This document shows, in pieces, positions 7,579-17,676 of a stretch of DNA of 46,059 bases. A program made the translations under genes and the position numbers. Source of the stretch: a virus (lineage: Duplodnaviria; Caudoviricetes); IMG/VR virus record IMGVR_UViG_3300037464_000033, positions 1-46,059 of that record. One strand, 5' to 3'. Under the pieces are notes generated by a model that was not told the origin of the DNA, searched no databases, and saw nothing but the letters and a program-made list of their open reading frames with translations. Positions within the stretch are counted from its first letter, which is position 1. Each line of letters begins with the position of its first letter.

Positions 7579-9483
7579 ATGAGTAAAGGTTTCGCAAAAA
7601 CAGCAAATGTAAGGAAAACTAATACAGAAATTGACGGTATAGCGCGAATTAACAATTTTAAACAGCAGCAGCACGGAAGAATTCAAGGCTCTGATAGCCT
7701 TTCTAACAGCGAAGATATTCCGCCTGAGCAGCTCCCCCCGCCACCAATTGGTAGAGTAGTTGGCAGCGATGAATCTGCAAGTGCGCCACCGCCACCGCAG
7801 CAGGCAAGCAATTCTCAGGGGACGCATCTTCCGCCCGCGCCCATGACTTTTCACGATGACGGGACTCTGACTATCACGGAAACCCAGCTCAAAATGCTGA
7901 TTGATGGGGGGATCAGGCAAGAAACTGCCCAATTCCAGCAGCAACTGCAACAAGCTCAAGATAATTTTGCCGAATTAAGGAAACAGCAAGACGCGATTGA
8001 GGAAGCTACTCAGAAAGAAAAAGAAAAGTTGCAAGCGCAAGTTGAGGATGAACGCAAACAGCGCGATACTTACGCTCGCGTGTTTTCACAATGGGGGTAC
8101 GCTGCACCGGAAGGCGATCGCGCGTTAAGTCAAACTGCATTTATAGCACCTCTGTCAACTCGCGGGGGAATCTCGCCAAAAGATGCGTTGCGGGAATACG
8201 AACGTCGGTGCAATGACGATGACAGCAGCAAAGCCCGCTACATCGCAACGCCCACGGGCTATTACAAGCAGCGAAATTCCAAATATGTAGATAGTTGGTT
8301 TTTGCAAAATCGGCAAGTGCTGCGCGAAGCGATGGACGCGATCGCTCGCAAAGCAGGTTTGCTGGAGGGTCGTTACGGCGCCGGAAAAGACGCTCCTACA
8401 ACTTTTGCAAACTTTCCTGTGGCATTGCGGGAATATTTGAGCCAAGTGGTAAGGATCGAACATTCCCCCAGATTCGTGCTTTGGCAGTTTTGCAACAAAA
8501 CTATTTATACGGGAGTCCCCGTCAATCAAACCTGCGAAGTTCCTAGAGTCAGACATCTCAACGAAGGGACTACATCTTCTGATTGGAGATTGACACCCGG
8601 AATTCCAACAGTAGCAACTCGGCAAAATCTCAGTGGCAACAATATATCTGTACCTATTCTTGAATGGGGTATGGGGAAAGACGCCACGATCGAGCCGTTG
8701 GGCATTCACGAGTTAGTAAACGCCGTCACAATTGTGGATATTGAAAATTTGGTGCAGCAGCGCATCGGACACAACTACGGCAAGTGGGAAGATACGCTCC
8801 TGTTTGAAATTTTGTTGAGTACCACTGCTGCTGTGTATAACAACAATGATTCTGTAGTTACTACAGCTGCGAGTGTAGCTGCGGGCGGTGGCGGGCAGCT
8901 AACTATGAATTTCTTGGGCTCGCTGCGGGCGCACATGACCACCCGCTTAGTTCCCCCGCTCGACGATGGCTGCTTTGTGTTTGTCGGAACGCCCGACCAC
9001 TTTGCACCATTGGAATCGGATATGGCCGACAAAAAAACTTTTGCAGACAATGCCAACGTAGAAGGGTTAACTGATATGTTGGCACTGAAAACTGGTCAAG
9101 AATACGGCGGTAAACAGCTTGGTTATAAAGGCAAGGTTCGCGGTTTCCACCTGTACGAAAGTACAAACATCAGTTCGGGAGTGGCAGGAACGCCTGGAGT
9201 GCTAACCGAAACTATTGGTGGATCTGCTCAAACTACCCGGAGCGGATTTGCATTTGGTGCGGACGTGATCGGGATGGCTGAAGCAATGCCAATGGAAATT
9301 CGCGAATCCGACGATACCGATTTTGGTCGGATGCGAGCGTTAATTTGGAAAACTCACGCTAACGCTACCGGTTTAGATGTCGATCCTCTCCGATCTTTAC
9401 TGTCCAGCGAAGTTGCCCGACCCGTTGGCGCGGAAGAGCAGTTGCGGGTTTTTGAAATGCGCGCCTCTACGGTGAAAGTCTAA
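7579..9483 (+). CDS. Major capsid protein with N-terminal scaffold-like coiled coil
   Basis: 634 aa; Pro-rich/coiled-coil N-terminus, HK97-like C-terminus (GKVRGFHLYEST, DFGR); position after protease. Confidence 0.8.
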   Translation: MSKGFAKTANVRKTNTEIDGIARINNFKQQQHGRIQGSDSLSNSEDIPPEQLPPPPIGRVVGSDESASAPPPPQQASNSQGTHLPPAPMTFHDDGTLTITETQLKMLIDGGIRQETAQFQQQLQQAQDNFAELRKQQDAIEEATQKEKEKLQAQVEDERKQRDTYARVFSQWGYAAPEGDRALSQTAFIAPLSTRGGISPKDALREYERRCNDDDSSKARYIATPTGYYKQRNSKYVDSWFLQNRQVLREAMDAIARKAGLLEGRYGAGKDAPTTFANFPVALREYLSQVVRIEHSPRFVLWQFCNKTIYTGVPVNQTCEVPRVRHLNEGTTSSDWRLTPGIPTVATRQNLSGNNISVPILEWGMGKDATIEPLGIHELVNAVTIVDIENLVQQRIGHNYGKWEDTLLFEILLSTTAAVYNNNDSVVTTAASVAAGGGGQLTMNFLGSLRAHMTTRLVPPLDDGCFVFVGTPDHFAPLESDMADKKTFADNANVEGLTDMLALKTGQEYGGKQLGYKGKVRGFHLYESTNISSGVAGTPGVLTETIGGSAQTTRSGFAFGADVIGMAEAMPMEIRESDDTDFGRMRALIWKTHANATGLDVDPLRSLLSSEVARPVGAEEQLRVFEMRASTVKV

Positions 9484-9487
9484 AATT

Positions 9488-9781
9488 ATGCCAGTAGCAA
9501 CACCCGAAAATCCCAACAGTCCTTTAACTTTGGAAACGCCGGACACCAACCCTCTTAAACCCAAGGTTGAATCTGGCGTCAAAAAACCTGCCGACACCTC
9601 TAAAGTAGAAACGCCGTCACAAGTCAAAGCCAATTTTCCTTCCGATTATTACAAGCAATTGGGATGGTCGGTTTGCTCGAAATGCGGAAGTAAAAAACAA
9701 ACAGACGGCTTTGGAAATATAGTTTGTGCTATTTCTATTTCTGCACCCAATTGTCCGATGCTGGATAAGGAGGGTAAATAA
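9488..9781 (+). CDS. Hypothetical virion-associated protein with Cys cluster
   Basis: CSKC...C...C; follows the capsid gene. Confidence 0.6.
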   Translation: MPVATPENPNSPLTLETPDTNPLKPKVESGVKKPADTSKVETPSQVKANFPSDYYKQLGWSVCSKCGSKKQTDGFGNIVCAISISAPNCPMLDKEGK

Positions 9782-10585
9782 ATGGCGATTGGGCGATTCA
9801 CAATTGCAGGTGCAAATCTCTACCTCAATCATTTATTTAGAGGTCAGCAAAAAAGTACGGAGCCTTCTTGGCTGGCGCCGTTCATTACAATGCCGTCCCG
9901 GTACGGTTCCGGTGCCGAACCCGCCGGAGTAACTCGGATTTCAATGTCTGCCACCGATTGGTCAGCGCCTGCTGCCGGGGCGACGCAAACTATCCGAAAT
10001 CTGGCGTGGCCCCGCTCGACGGGTTGGAGCGGAAATGTCATCGCCCTCGGTGTTTTTGATAGTTCCAGCGGCGGAACTTGCCTCAGTTACTACATCCCAG
10101 ACGATGGCGAATTGATTGAAGTTAACGACTCTTTGATCGTGCTCTCAGGTGGTTTGCGACACGAATTTAAATCGGGCTTCATGTCGCTGAATTTGCAAAA
10201 TGCTATTTTCAACGATCTTTACCGATCGGTACCGCTGCCAATTTTCCCGAGCTTGCATCTGGCGCATTACAGCACGGCTCCGGCCCCGGCAGTATCGCCG
10301 ACGATCGGGGGAACCGAACCCACAGATCCGGCGTACAGCCGCCAACCCGTACCCGTCAACGGCACGGCATTTGGTGGCGCAAGCGGCGGGCAAATTTCAA
10401 CAATTATTCCCAGTGCATTTGTGGCTGCGACACTTGCGCAGGGCAACCGCACTCACTGGGGATTGCACGATGCTCAAACTGGCGGAAATTTTCAAATAGG
10501 CGGAATTCTCAATCCTCCCAAGCAGGTCGATGCGGGAGATCCTTTCACGATTGACAGGATAACTATTGGTTTGGATGTTCTCTAA
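9782..10585 (+). CDS. Virion structural protein with two tandem homologous domains
   Basis: Halves share NH/ND-L, GAEP/GTEP and GVFDSSSGG/GLHDAQTGG. Confidence 0.7.
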   Translation: MAIGRFTIAGANLYLNHLFRGQQKSTEPSWLAPFITMPSRYGSGAEPAGVTRISMSATDWSAPAAGATQTIRNLAWPRSTGWSGNVIALGVFDSSSGGTCLSYYIPDDGELIEVNDSLIVLSGGLRHEFKSGFMSLNLQNAIFNDLYRSVPLPIFPSLHLAHYSTAPAPAVSPTIGGTEPTDPAYSRQPVPVNGTAFGGASGGQISTIIPSAFVAATLAQGNRTHWGLHDAQTGGNFQIGGILNPPKQVDAGDPFTIDRITIGLDVL

Positions 10586-11244
10586 TGCCCGTTCAAATTT
10601 CTTCAGCCATTGCAGCAGTCACAACCGAAACTTCTACCAGCGATTTGCCCCTAGCGCGAAACCGCCATACCAGCGCCCGCGCTCAAATTGAAACCGAGCT
10701 TGTAGCTTTGGCTTTGGGGCGCGATCGGTACATGGTAAATATGATTGCTCGATCCGATGTTTTTGCAGAGGCTACAGCAACTCGGGAGCGGGTGACTCAA
10801 GGTTTTGGAAATTTCCAAACTTTTACTTTTTGCAACAAGCTGGTTTCAATGCCCGCAGTACCCGCACCAACCGGAAGTTTGTGGCTTAACGGTTTGCCGT
10901 TCGCCCAACAGACCGAATTGAAAAAAGGTCAATCGCTGTCGCTGAGGTTTGAATTGAACGGGCGCAAAATGGGTAATTTAAGCGCTTGTTTGAAACTGTT
11001 CGACCTGAAAGGAACAATCTTGATAGATAAAATGCAAACTGTCGATCCAGGCGGTTTGCAGGTAGAATCTGAAACTCAAAAACAGGGAGGTTTTGCAAGC
11101 GCAATCGGATATATATTTATCGATCGCACCGAAACATTATTTCAAGAAGCCGACCGAGAATTTGAGGTTGAGTACGAGTTTGAACTTGGCAACTCTAGGG
11201 TAAATTACCCGATCGAGCGAGGGTTTCTTAAATTTGTAGGGTAA
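10585..11244 (+). CDS. Virion structural protein (beta-rich, BppU/Ig-like C-terminus)
   Basis: Coupled to the previous gene; ends YEFEL...IERGFLKF. Confidence 0.55.
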   Translation: MPVQISSAIAAVTTETSTSDLPLARNRHTSARAQIETELVALALGRDRYMVNMIARSDVFAEATATRERVTQGFGNFQTFTFCNKLVSMPAVPAPTGSLWLNGLPFAQQTELKKGQSLSLRFELNGRKMGNLSACLKLFDLKGTILIDKMQTVDPGGLQVESETQKQGGFASAIGYIFIDRTETLFQEADREFEVEYEFELGNSRVNYPIERGFLKFVG

Positions 11245-11250
11245 ATATTT

Positions 11251-11685
11251 ATGGATAGATTTTACACGGATTTGCGCTACGAAAATGGAAATGTCAAATT
11301 TGATTCGCTTGAAAAACTGGTATTTGTGCGATCGGATAGCGTCGTGCTTTTGGGTACAGTTGTCGGACAATTATCTACCTTAAGCGTAAAAGCTTCGGTT
11401 TGCAAAATACTGCCTAACGGTAAAATAAGCGCTCCTATATATTCGAGGACGGTTGGATCAGGAATAACTATCAATGTTTTGAATTCCAGCGAGCGCAAAA
11501 TCACAATAGTTCTTATTGGAAATGGCGAAAATGCCGCCGACGACCCAGGTCAAAAATACGTAGCCGATGTTGAATTTACTTATGACCAAGATTTCACCGT
11601 AGGTACGACAGTCGGTACGGCAACTCCAATGCGGCGCACGTTAAAAGGCGAATTCAGCATTGAAGAGGATTATACAGTTATTTAA
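11251..11685 (+). CDS. Virion structural protein (BppU/Ig-like)
   Basis: YVADVEF...TLKGEFSIEEDYT C-terminal pattern. Confidence 0.55.
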   Translation: MDRFYTDLRYENGNVKFDSLEKLVFVRSDSVVLLGTVVGQLSTLSVKASVCKILPNGKISAPIYSRTVGSGITINVLNSSERKITIVLIGNGENAADDPGQKYVADVEFTYDQDFTVGTTVGTATPMRRTLKGEFSIEEDYTVI

Positions 11686-11689
11686 AAAG

Positions 11690-12076
11690 ATGAAATCCGA
11701 ATTTTCCGAATACGCTAATTCAAAAATAATTGTATCTGTTGTTGGTAACAATACCGAAAAAGATGCTTGGGGAAACGCGCGCCCTGTAGAAGAAAATATA
11801 GAAATTGATGCTTATTTAAAAGTGCAAACTAATTCGCAAGCACGATCTGCAAGTAGCATTGGGCAACAGCAGGGAGCAAATACATTCAACACGTATTTAA
11901 AAGGTTATTTAGTAAAACCTATGCGCTGGCCCTCTGGAATCAGACCGCAAACTTGCGAGGTTGAATATTTGGGAAAGCGGGGTAAATTGCAAGTTTATTC
12001 ACAGTTACCCAGGGCGTTTGACACTGAGCAACTGACGGGGGATGTTGTAGAAGGAGTAGCTAGTTTTCAGTTTTGA
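11690..12076 (+). CDS. Putative head closure / neck protein
   Basis: KDAWGN motif; position before the tail terminator. Confidence 0.55.
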   Translation: MKSEFSEYANSKIIVSVVGNNTEKDAWGNARPVEENIEIDAYLKVQTNSQARSASSIGQQQGANTFNTYLKGYLVKPMRWPSGIRPQTCEVEYLGKRGKLQVYSQLPRAFDTEQLTGDVVEGVASFQF

Positions 12077-12077
12077 G

Positions 12078-12491
12078 ATGCAACAAGAAATCGCGAGACT
12101 TAAAGAAAAAATAGAAACGCTTGTCGGGATTGGTACTTACAAATTTCCTAACGGTCAAACCGTCAAAGCCGTTTCTGTCGCTACTCCTGATCACCCGCCA
12201 GCAGGGACAGTAACACAAGGCTTGGAAATTGCAATCGTTCCCGGCATAGAAATGGACGTTTCCCCTGCGTTAAATCGAGGTTGTTTTTGGAAAATTTCTC
12301 ACGAAATTATTCTCAAACAATGGAACGATCGCGATACAACCCTCGGTTTTATTTTGCCACTTGTGCAGTTGCTTGAAAGCGATTATTCGGTAAAAGTAGG
12401 GTTGCGAATTTTACCCAATCCCAAATTGCAAAATATTGAAACTCGAAAACTAACAATCTCAAAAACTTTAGCTAAAAGGAGGACAAATTAA
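12078..12491 (+). CDS. Putative tail terminator protein
   Basis: 137 aa immediately before the tail tube gene. Confidence 0.5.
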   Translation: MQQEIARLKEKIETLVGIGTYKFPNGQTVKAVSVATPDHPPAGTVTQGLEIAIVPGIEMDVSPALNRGCFWKISHEIILKQWNDRDTTLGFILPLVQLLESDYSVKVGLRILPNPKLQNIETRKLTISKTLAKRRTN

Positions 12492-13195
12492 TGGGAACAA
12501 CTTACGAGAATAGAGAACTTCAAAAAGGTTGGAAAAGTTCGGTGTATTGTTGGCGGCAAAACCGCAAGCCTGCGCTGCCTTTTGTAGTGACCGAAATTGT
12601 TGCAAGTTCCGCAGCAGCTAAAGCAGCAACTTCGATTACGGTGACGGGAATGCCCGCAGGCGGTATCGACGCGGGGAACGTGCTGTTATTTGTTGATGCA
12701 GACGAGATGACTTATTTGGCCGAAGTATCCACCAACAGCGCCAGCGGGACGCTGACGGTAAAAGCCTTGGCCGAACCCATTCCTTCAGGAGCCAAAGCCA
12801 ACTGGCCTCCCGAACTACTGGATCGCACGGATGCTGAAATTTCACGCACGGTTGACACCACCGACACCCAAACTTTCAACACGGGAGGTAGCAAGCTGAT
12901 AACTACAACTACCAGCAGCAAATCTGGCAGTTTTCCAGGGCCGTATTTAGCTAAAAACGGCGGGTACTGGACGGCATTTAAAGCTGCTGAAGATAAAGCC
13001 CCGCTGTGGTTTGCCGTAATGCACTCTGCTCCGGATCAAGATGTAGCAGACGTAGTTGAAACGCCTTTTATTGGCAAGGGCTACGTCACCGACAACACCA
13101 CATCTGCGGCCGCCGACGGTTTCAGGCAAGGAGATATTTCGGTAGATTTTTCCGGCAAGCCGTTGAGCGATTTTGCAATTGTTGGCGCTGCTTAA
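12491..13195 (+). CDS. Major tail (tube) protein
   Basis: Ends GKGYVTD...AAADGF...SVDFSGKP, typical of siphovirus tube proteins; precedes the chaperones. Confidence 0.8.
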   Translation: MGTTYENRELQKGWKSSVYCWRQNRKPALPFVVTEIVASSAAAKAATSITVTGMPAGGIDAGNVLLFVDADEMTYLAEVSTNSASGTLTVKALAEPIPSGAKANWPPELLDRTDAEISRTVDTTDTQTFNTGGSKLITTTTSSKSGSFPGPYLAKNGGYWTAFKAAEDKAPLWFAVMHSAPDQDVADVVETPFIGKGYVTDNTTSAAADGFRQGDISVDFSGKPLSDFAIVGAA

Positions 13196-13197
13196 TA

Positions 13198-13425
13198 ATG
13201 AAAATTAGGTCTTTGCAAACTAAAGGCATTTTTTGCTGCTGCTGCCAAATTGCAAACGGCGCGATCGAGTGCGAATTGGTAGCCACCAACGGCAAACAAG
13301 ACGAGATATCAAGTTTGCTTGACCCGGATAGCGGAAACCGCTACGCAGTTAATTTAATGCCCGGTGCAAATGTTTTTTGGAACAGGAGGTTAGAAGTTGT
13401 TACCATTTCAAAACAAACAAATTAA
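13198..13425 (+). CDS. Hypothetical protein
   Basis: 75 aa filling the gap between tube and chaperone genes; CCCC run. Confidence 0.6.
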   Translation: MKIRSLQTKGIFCCCCQIANGAIECELVATNGKQDEISSLLDPDSGNRYAVNLMPGANVFWNRRLEVVTISKQTN

Positions 13426-13939
13426 TCCAGAAACAGTTCTGATTGAAGATGGTTTCGGAAACGCGATCGAACTTCCTAAAAAAGGTTGTTTGACAGTCGG
13501 AGAACAGCAAGCGATTGAAAGTTACTACCAAAATCTTGAGGGTGGTGTCACTCAAATGCAAGCAAACTTGATGGAAATAACAATTTTATTAAAAAGTCGC
13601 TTTAACGAATCTGATCTTACCCCTGAACAAGTCGCAGAACAAGCCGTAACCGTACCAATGGTCGAGCGCCTTTACGAGTTTGTAAAAGGTGAAAAAACTC
13701 GTTGGATACCCGAAGAGTGCGTTCTCGATCTGACGGGAGAAATGGCAAACGAAGTGGCTATTGCTACCGCACAGAGAATCAACGGCGTTGTGGCTACGCG
13801 ACCTGATTTATTAGCTGGTAAACGTTACTTAGTATTTCGCTCTAAAGGTTTTTGGTTAGACAATTTAGAAATTGTTAAGGATTTTGTTGAGGAATCAACA
13901 TCTTTGGGAAAGCTAATTCCATTAAACCACAAACACTAG
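13397..13939 (+). CDS. Tail assembly chaperone (gpG-like)
   Basis: TTG start with AGGAGG SD; slippery heptamer near the 3' end. Confidence 0.8.
   Translation: MLPFQNKQINPETVLIEDGFGNAIELPKKGCLTVGEQQAIESYYQNLEGGVTQMQANLMEITILLKSRFNESDLTPEQVAEQAVTVPMVERLYEFVKGEKTRWIPEECVLDLTGEMANEVAIATAQRINGVVATRPDLLAGKRYLVFRSKGFWLDNLEIVKDFVEESTSLGKLIPLNHKH
13906..13912 (+). other. -1 programmed ribosomal frameshift site G GGA AAG
   Basis: Same heptamer and phase as lambda G/GT; the -1 frame is open to 14322. Confidence 0.88.
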
Positions 13940-14322
13940 ATTGGGCTGAAATTTACTGGAAGTTGCGGTTAAACTACCCCGGAGATTCCAGATTTGACGA
14001 ATTCAATTTTGCAAACCAACCCCTGATTTTAATCGAGCAAGCACTGGAGGCAATAGCAACGAGAGATATAGAATTAGGTAGTTTAATTGCAACACCGATC
14101 GCGCGGTCAATGCTTTACATTTTGTCAAGCAAAGGCGTCAAACATCCAGAGAAAGAGCATTATTCAATAAATCCGTTTGCCCAAGCAATTGAAAGCAAGC
14201 AAGCTAAAAAGTTATTTTCTAAAGAGTTTGCTGATACGTTTACTGAATTGCTGAAAGAGGGTAAAGTACCGAATTGGGTAGCTAGTGCGATTGATATCGA
14301 AATGATAAATTTAGCAAGGTAA
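13906..14322 (+). CDS. Frameshift extension of the tail assembly chaperone (gpGT-like T part)
   Basis: -1 frame reads GKANSIKPQTLDWAEIYWKLRLNYPGD..., continuous with ORF 13963..14322. Confidence 0.82.
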   Translation, partial: GKANSIKPQTLDWAEIYWKLRLNYPGDSRFDEFNFANQPLILIEQALEAIATRDIELGSLIATPIARSMLYILSSKGVKHPEKEHYSINPFAQAIESKQAKKLFSKEFADTFTELLKEGKVPNWVASAIDIEMINLAR

Positions 14323-14326
14323 CAAT

Positions 14327-14803
14327 ATGACTGGAAATTCACTTAAAAAGATGATGGATGAAAAATCTGCACATCAAATTGCAAAAAACGTTACAGTATT
14401 AAGCTTTGTTTCTACTGCTGAAAAAAAACAGGTTGAGATTGACGACGGGTTGGGTAATGTGGTGAGTGTTCCGAGCAAAGGCGCTGCCGACTGCGTAGAG
14501 TACAACAAAGTCATGCAATTCATGTACCGCATGGAAAAAGACCCCACACAGGCTTTAGGAATGGAGGTTGCTATAGTAACACTTTGCCTACGTCACCGTT
14601 ACAAACTTGCAAAAGATGTTACGGATGACAGTGTTTTGCTAGGTAAAGATGGCGAACCCGTACCTATATCGCTTGTCAAAAAATTGTACGAGTTTTTTAT
14701 GAAAGAACTCCAATTAGAAAAAATTTTAGATGCGCAGAAAATGGCTGTTGAAGGGCGAAAACCCGTTATGCAGATGGAAAACGCTGCTCCTTATTTGGAA
14801 TAA
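14327..14803 (+). CDS. Paralog of the tail assembly chaperone
   Basis: IDDGLGNVVSVPSKG vs IEDGFGNAIELPKKG; LVKKLYEF vs MVERLYEF. Confidence 0.7.
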   Translation: MTGNSLKKMMDEKSAHQIAKNVTVLSFVSTAEKKQVEIDDGLGNVVSVPSKGAADCVEYNKVMQFMYRMEKDPTQALGMEVAIVTLCLRHRYKLAKDVTDDSVLLGKDGEPVPISLVKKLYEFFMKELQLEKILDAQKMAVEGRKPVMQMENAAPYLE

Positions 14804-14808
14804 AATTA

Positions 14809-15339
14809 ATGAAAAAACTTTCAAATTTTCCGTATCGATCTCAACGCGACAATCATTACAATCCTAGCGGTTCGTGCAACGTAACTAGCATTGCAATGTG
14901 CTTGCTTTGGCTTGGTATTCGCGGTAGCGGAAGATACGCTCAATTAGAAGACGAATGCTACGCTCGGTGTTTGGAGCGCGGTTGGAGCAGACACGAAGCT
15001 GTTGGATTGCAAAACTTAGCAGAGTCGTATCCAGGCATCAAAGATAACTTTGTTAGCAACGGAACGTTAAACGATATTCGCAGTGCAATTGATGCGGGTA
15101 TTCCCTGCGTACTTCACGGATATTTTACAAGATTTGGACACATTATTGTTGTCAAAGGATACGATGAACACGGTTTTATCGTTAACGATCCTTGGGGAGA
15201 ATGGTACAGTAACGGCTACGATACATCGGTATCTGGGGAAGGGCTTCACTACAGCAACCGTTTGATTGCCAGCAAATGTTCGCCAGAAAGCGAACGAAAT
15301 CCTCAAAATATTTGGTTGCACAGAATTTCCAAGCTGTAA
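14809..15339 (+). CDS. C39-like cysteine peptidase, probable endolysin
   Basis: YRSQRDN, SCNVTSIAM (catalytic Cys), GHIIVVKGYD (His), VNDPWG (Asp). Confidence 0.85.
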   Translation: MKKLSNFPYRSQRDNHYNPSGSCNVTSIAMCLLWLGIRGSGRYAQLEDECYARCLERGWSRHEAVGLQNLAESYPGIKDNFVSNGTLNDIRSAIDAGIPCVLHGYFTRFGHIIVVKGYDEHGFIVNDPWGEWYSNGYDTSVSGEGLHYSNRLIASKCSPESERNPQNIWLHRISKL

Positions 15340-15342
15340 TAT

Positions 15343-17190
15343 ATGCCCAACGCTTACGGACGCGCTTTTACCACTGCTAATTTTCTTTCCAATTTGGCTG
15401 ATTTGAAAGCTATAAATTTTGGCGCGTCCGATCCGAGCGGGGTTTGGTTTGTTGTTCCTAACGCCAGCACAAACAATATTGAAATTTGGGTATGGCAACC
15501 AGATTCGATCATTGCAACCGATGAAATTTCGGTAATTCGCCCTGATTCTATCGTTCCTGGTAGTCCAGGCCGCTGCATTCAACAACTCAAGTTTGATGCC
15601 AGTAGTTTAGGTGGCATTTTATCCGCTATTGCTGCTTTGAACACGGCTGGATTGATCGAGCGTACTGCAGGAGGTAGTGCAGCAATTGTAGGGCTGGGCG
15701 CTTTAGGAAGAAGCTTACTCGGCAGTGCAACCGATACAGTCGCCCGATCAACCTTAGGGTTAGGCACAGCAGCGACGCGGGCGATCGGAACAACCACGGG
15801 AACCGTCCGAGATGCCGCAGATACTGCTTACTCTAACGCCCGTACACCTACTGTTCACGCCAGCACTCACAACGTTGGCGGTACAGACCCAATTACCGTT
15901 TTTGGGTATTTGGCGGTTTCGGCGAACACAACGCTCACGACTACTAATCAGCGCCAATTAATTGATGTTAACGCTACATCGGCGGCAATTACAATAACCT
16001 TGCCTGCTGCTGCGACTGTCGGGAGTGGTTGGGTTGTTCAAATCAGGAAGTCTGACGCATCGACTAATTTAGTCACTATTTCTAGAGCTGGTAGTGACAC
16101 TATTAACGGCGCAACAACCTTACCTCTGGCGGTGCAACATCAGAGTTTTATTCTGTTTTCGCTAGGAAGTACGAGTTGGGGTGTTATGGGGACTTTTTCC
16201 GGTACATTACCAGCAAATACCTTATGGGGAAGAGGTGCAACAGCGGGGCCACCAGAACCTATTGCTAGCAGCAATTTTGCTTCATTAGTAAATGGGTTTG
16301 TCCCAGCGTCACAAATACCTGGTTCTTACGATGACGTTTTAGAATTTGCTAATCTTTCAAGCTTCCCAGTAACAGGTGAAGCAGGAAAAATCTATATTGC
16401 AATTGATACAAATCTGACTTACCGTTGGACAGGAAGTGTTTACGCTGGGATGTCGTCATCCTTGGCACTTGGAACAAATGCAACTACCGCCTATCGCGGT
16501 GACTTTGGAAATACTGCTTATTTGCATTCTCAGGAAACAGGAAACCCCCACGGAACGACAGCAGCGCAGATTGGATTACCTAATCTTACAAATCATTTAC
16601 AGGTGAACACAACACAAAATCAAACGGTTGGAGGCGAAAAAACTTTTACTAATATAGTCCGAATTACAAATACTACTCAATCAACTTCAACTACGAACGG
16701 AGCGCAAATAATTAGCGGGGGTCAAGCTATTCAAGGAAATTTATGGGTTGGAGGGACTATAAATCAAACTACCAGTTATAGTTTTAGGGCTGCTGCGTCA
16801 GTTTCACAAGTAATTCCTAACGCTACTTTTACAAAAGTAATATTTAACTCTAAAGTTTTAGATACTAATAATCAATACGATACTACTTTATCCAGGTTAA
16901 CCGCTATCACTACAGAAATTTGGAGAATCACTCTTTTTGTTACTTTTAATCTTGCAGCATCTACTAGAATATTGCTAACAATTTATAAAAACGGGGCAGA
17001 AACGAACGGAGTAAGAGTTTTAGACAATCAAGCCAATATTGGTTTTTTTGCACAATCTATCACCGTCCCAGAAATATCTTTAGTTGCGGGAGACTACTTA
17101 GAAATTTTTTGTTATACTTCTCCTAGTCAAACTATATATGGAGAGACTTCTCTTATAACTACTTATTGGTTCGGAAAAAGAATTAATTAA
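15343..17190 (+). CDS. Tail fibre / receptor-binding protein with C1q-like C-terminal domain
   Basis: LGLGTAAT, AITITLPAA, VPASQIPGSYDDVLEF, GGEKTF fibre motifs; C-terminal SFRA...FTKVIFN...DTNNQYD. Confidence 0.82.
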   Translation: MPNAYGRAFTTANFLSNLADLKAINFGASDPSGVWFVVPNASTNNIEIWVWQPDSIIATDEISVIRPDSIVPGSPGRCIQQLKFDASSLGGILSAIAALNTAGLIERTAGGSAAIVGLGALGRSLLGSATDTVARSTLGLGTAATRAIGTTTGTVRDAADTAYSNARTPTVHASTHNVGGTDPITVFGYLAVSANTTLTTTNQRQLIDVNATSAAITITLPAAATVGSGWVVQIRKSDASTNLVTISRAGSDTINGATTLPLAVQHQSFILFSLGSTSWGVMGTFSGTLPANTLWGRGATAGPPEPIASSNFASLVNGFVPASQIPGSYDDVLEFANLSSFPVTGEAGKIYIAIDTNLTYRWTGSVYAGMSSSLALGTNATTAYRGDFGNTAYLHSQETGNPHGTTAAQIGLPNLTNHLQVNTTQNQTVGGEKTFTNIVRITNTTQSTSTTNGAQIISGGQAIQGNLWVGGTINQTTSYSFRAAASVSQVIPNATFTKVIFNSKVLDTNNQYDTTLSRLTAITTEIWRITLFVTFNLAASTRILLTIYKNGAETNGVRVLDNQANIGFFAQSITVPEISLVAGDYLEIFCYTSPSQTIYGETSLITTYWFGKRIN

Positions 17191-17328
17191 AATATATAGC
17201 ATAGTAAAAAAGGGTCAAAAATTAACCTAAGTTGCAAATAAACAGATGAAGAGTTAATATACTAGAATAAATTTACAACGGGTTTTCTTGATTTGGACAA
17301 TCAAATTTTAACAGTATAAGAGTCTAAA

Positions 17329-17667
17329 ATGTCAATTAACATATCAAACCCTAACGGAACAATGCGGCGCGACGTTGCTGAAAGATTTCAAATTCTTAAT
17401 CTTTTGGAAGCCGAGGAAGATGTCCGCAAAATGCGAATGGAAGCATATTTTGTCACTTCTATATATTTAAATGATGAAAAGCTTTCTGAAGCGTGGAATA
17501 GTCAAGTCTTAGTTTTTGACTGCGAAAACGACCCGGAACTGGAAGCGGCGATGACTGTAATTCAGTCCCGAATTGGGCAAAAGCGCTACGAACAAATTAC
17601 AACGCCACCAGAAATTCCTGAACCCGTAGAAAGTCCAGAGATAATACCACCAATTAAAAACAGCTAA
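17329..17667 (+). CDS. Hypothetical protein, possible fibre assembly chaperone
   Basis: Small acidic protein directly after the fibre gene. Confidence 0.55.
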   Translation: MSINISNPNGTMRRDVAERFQILNLLEAEEDVRKMRMEAYFVTSIYLNDEKLSEAWNSQVLVFDCENDPELEAAMTVIQSRIGQKRYEQITTPPEIPEPVESPEIIPPIKNS

Positions 17668-17676
17668 AAAACTATA

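Noticed and set aside
8155-9166. Antisense ORFs within the capsid gene and similar ones in other long genes
   Set aside because: No recognisable motifs; expected antisense shadows.
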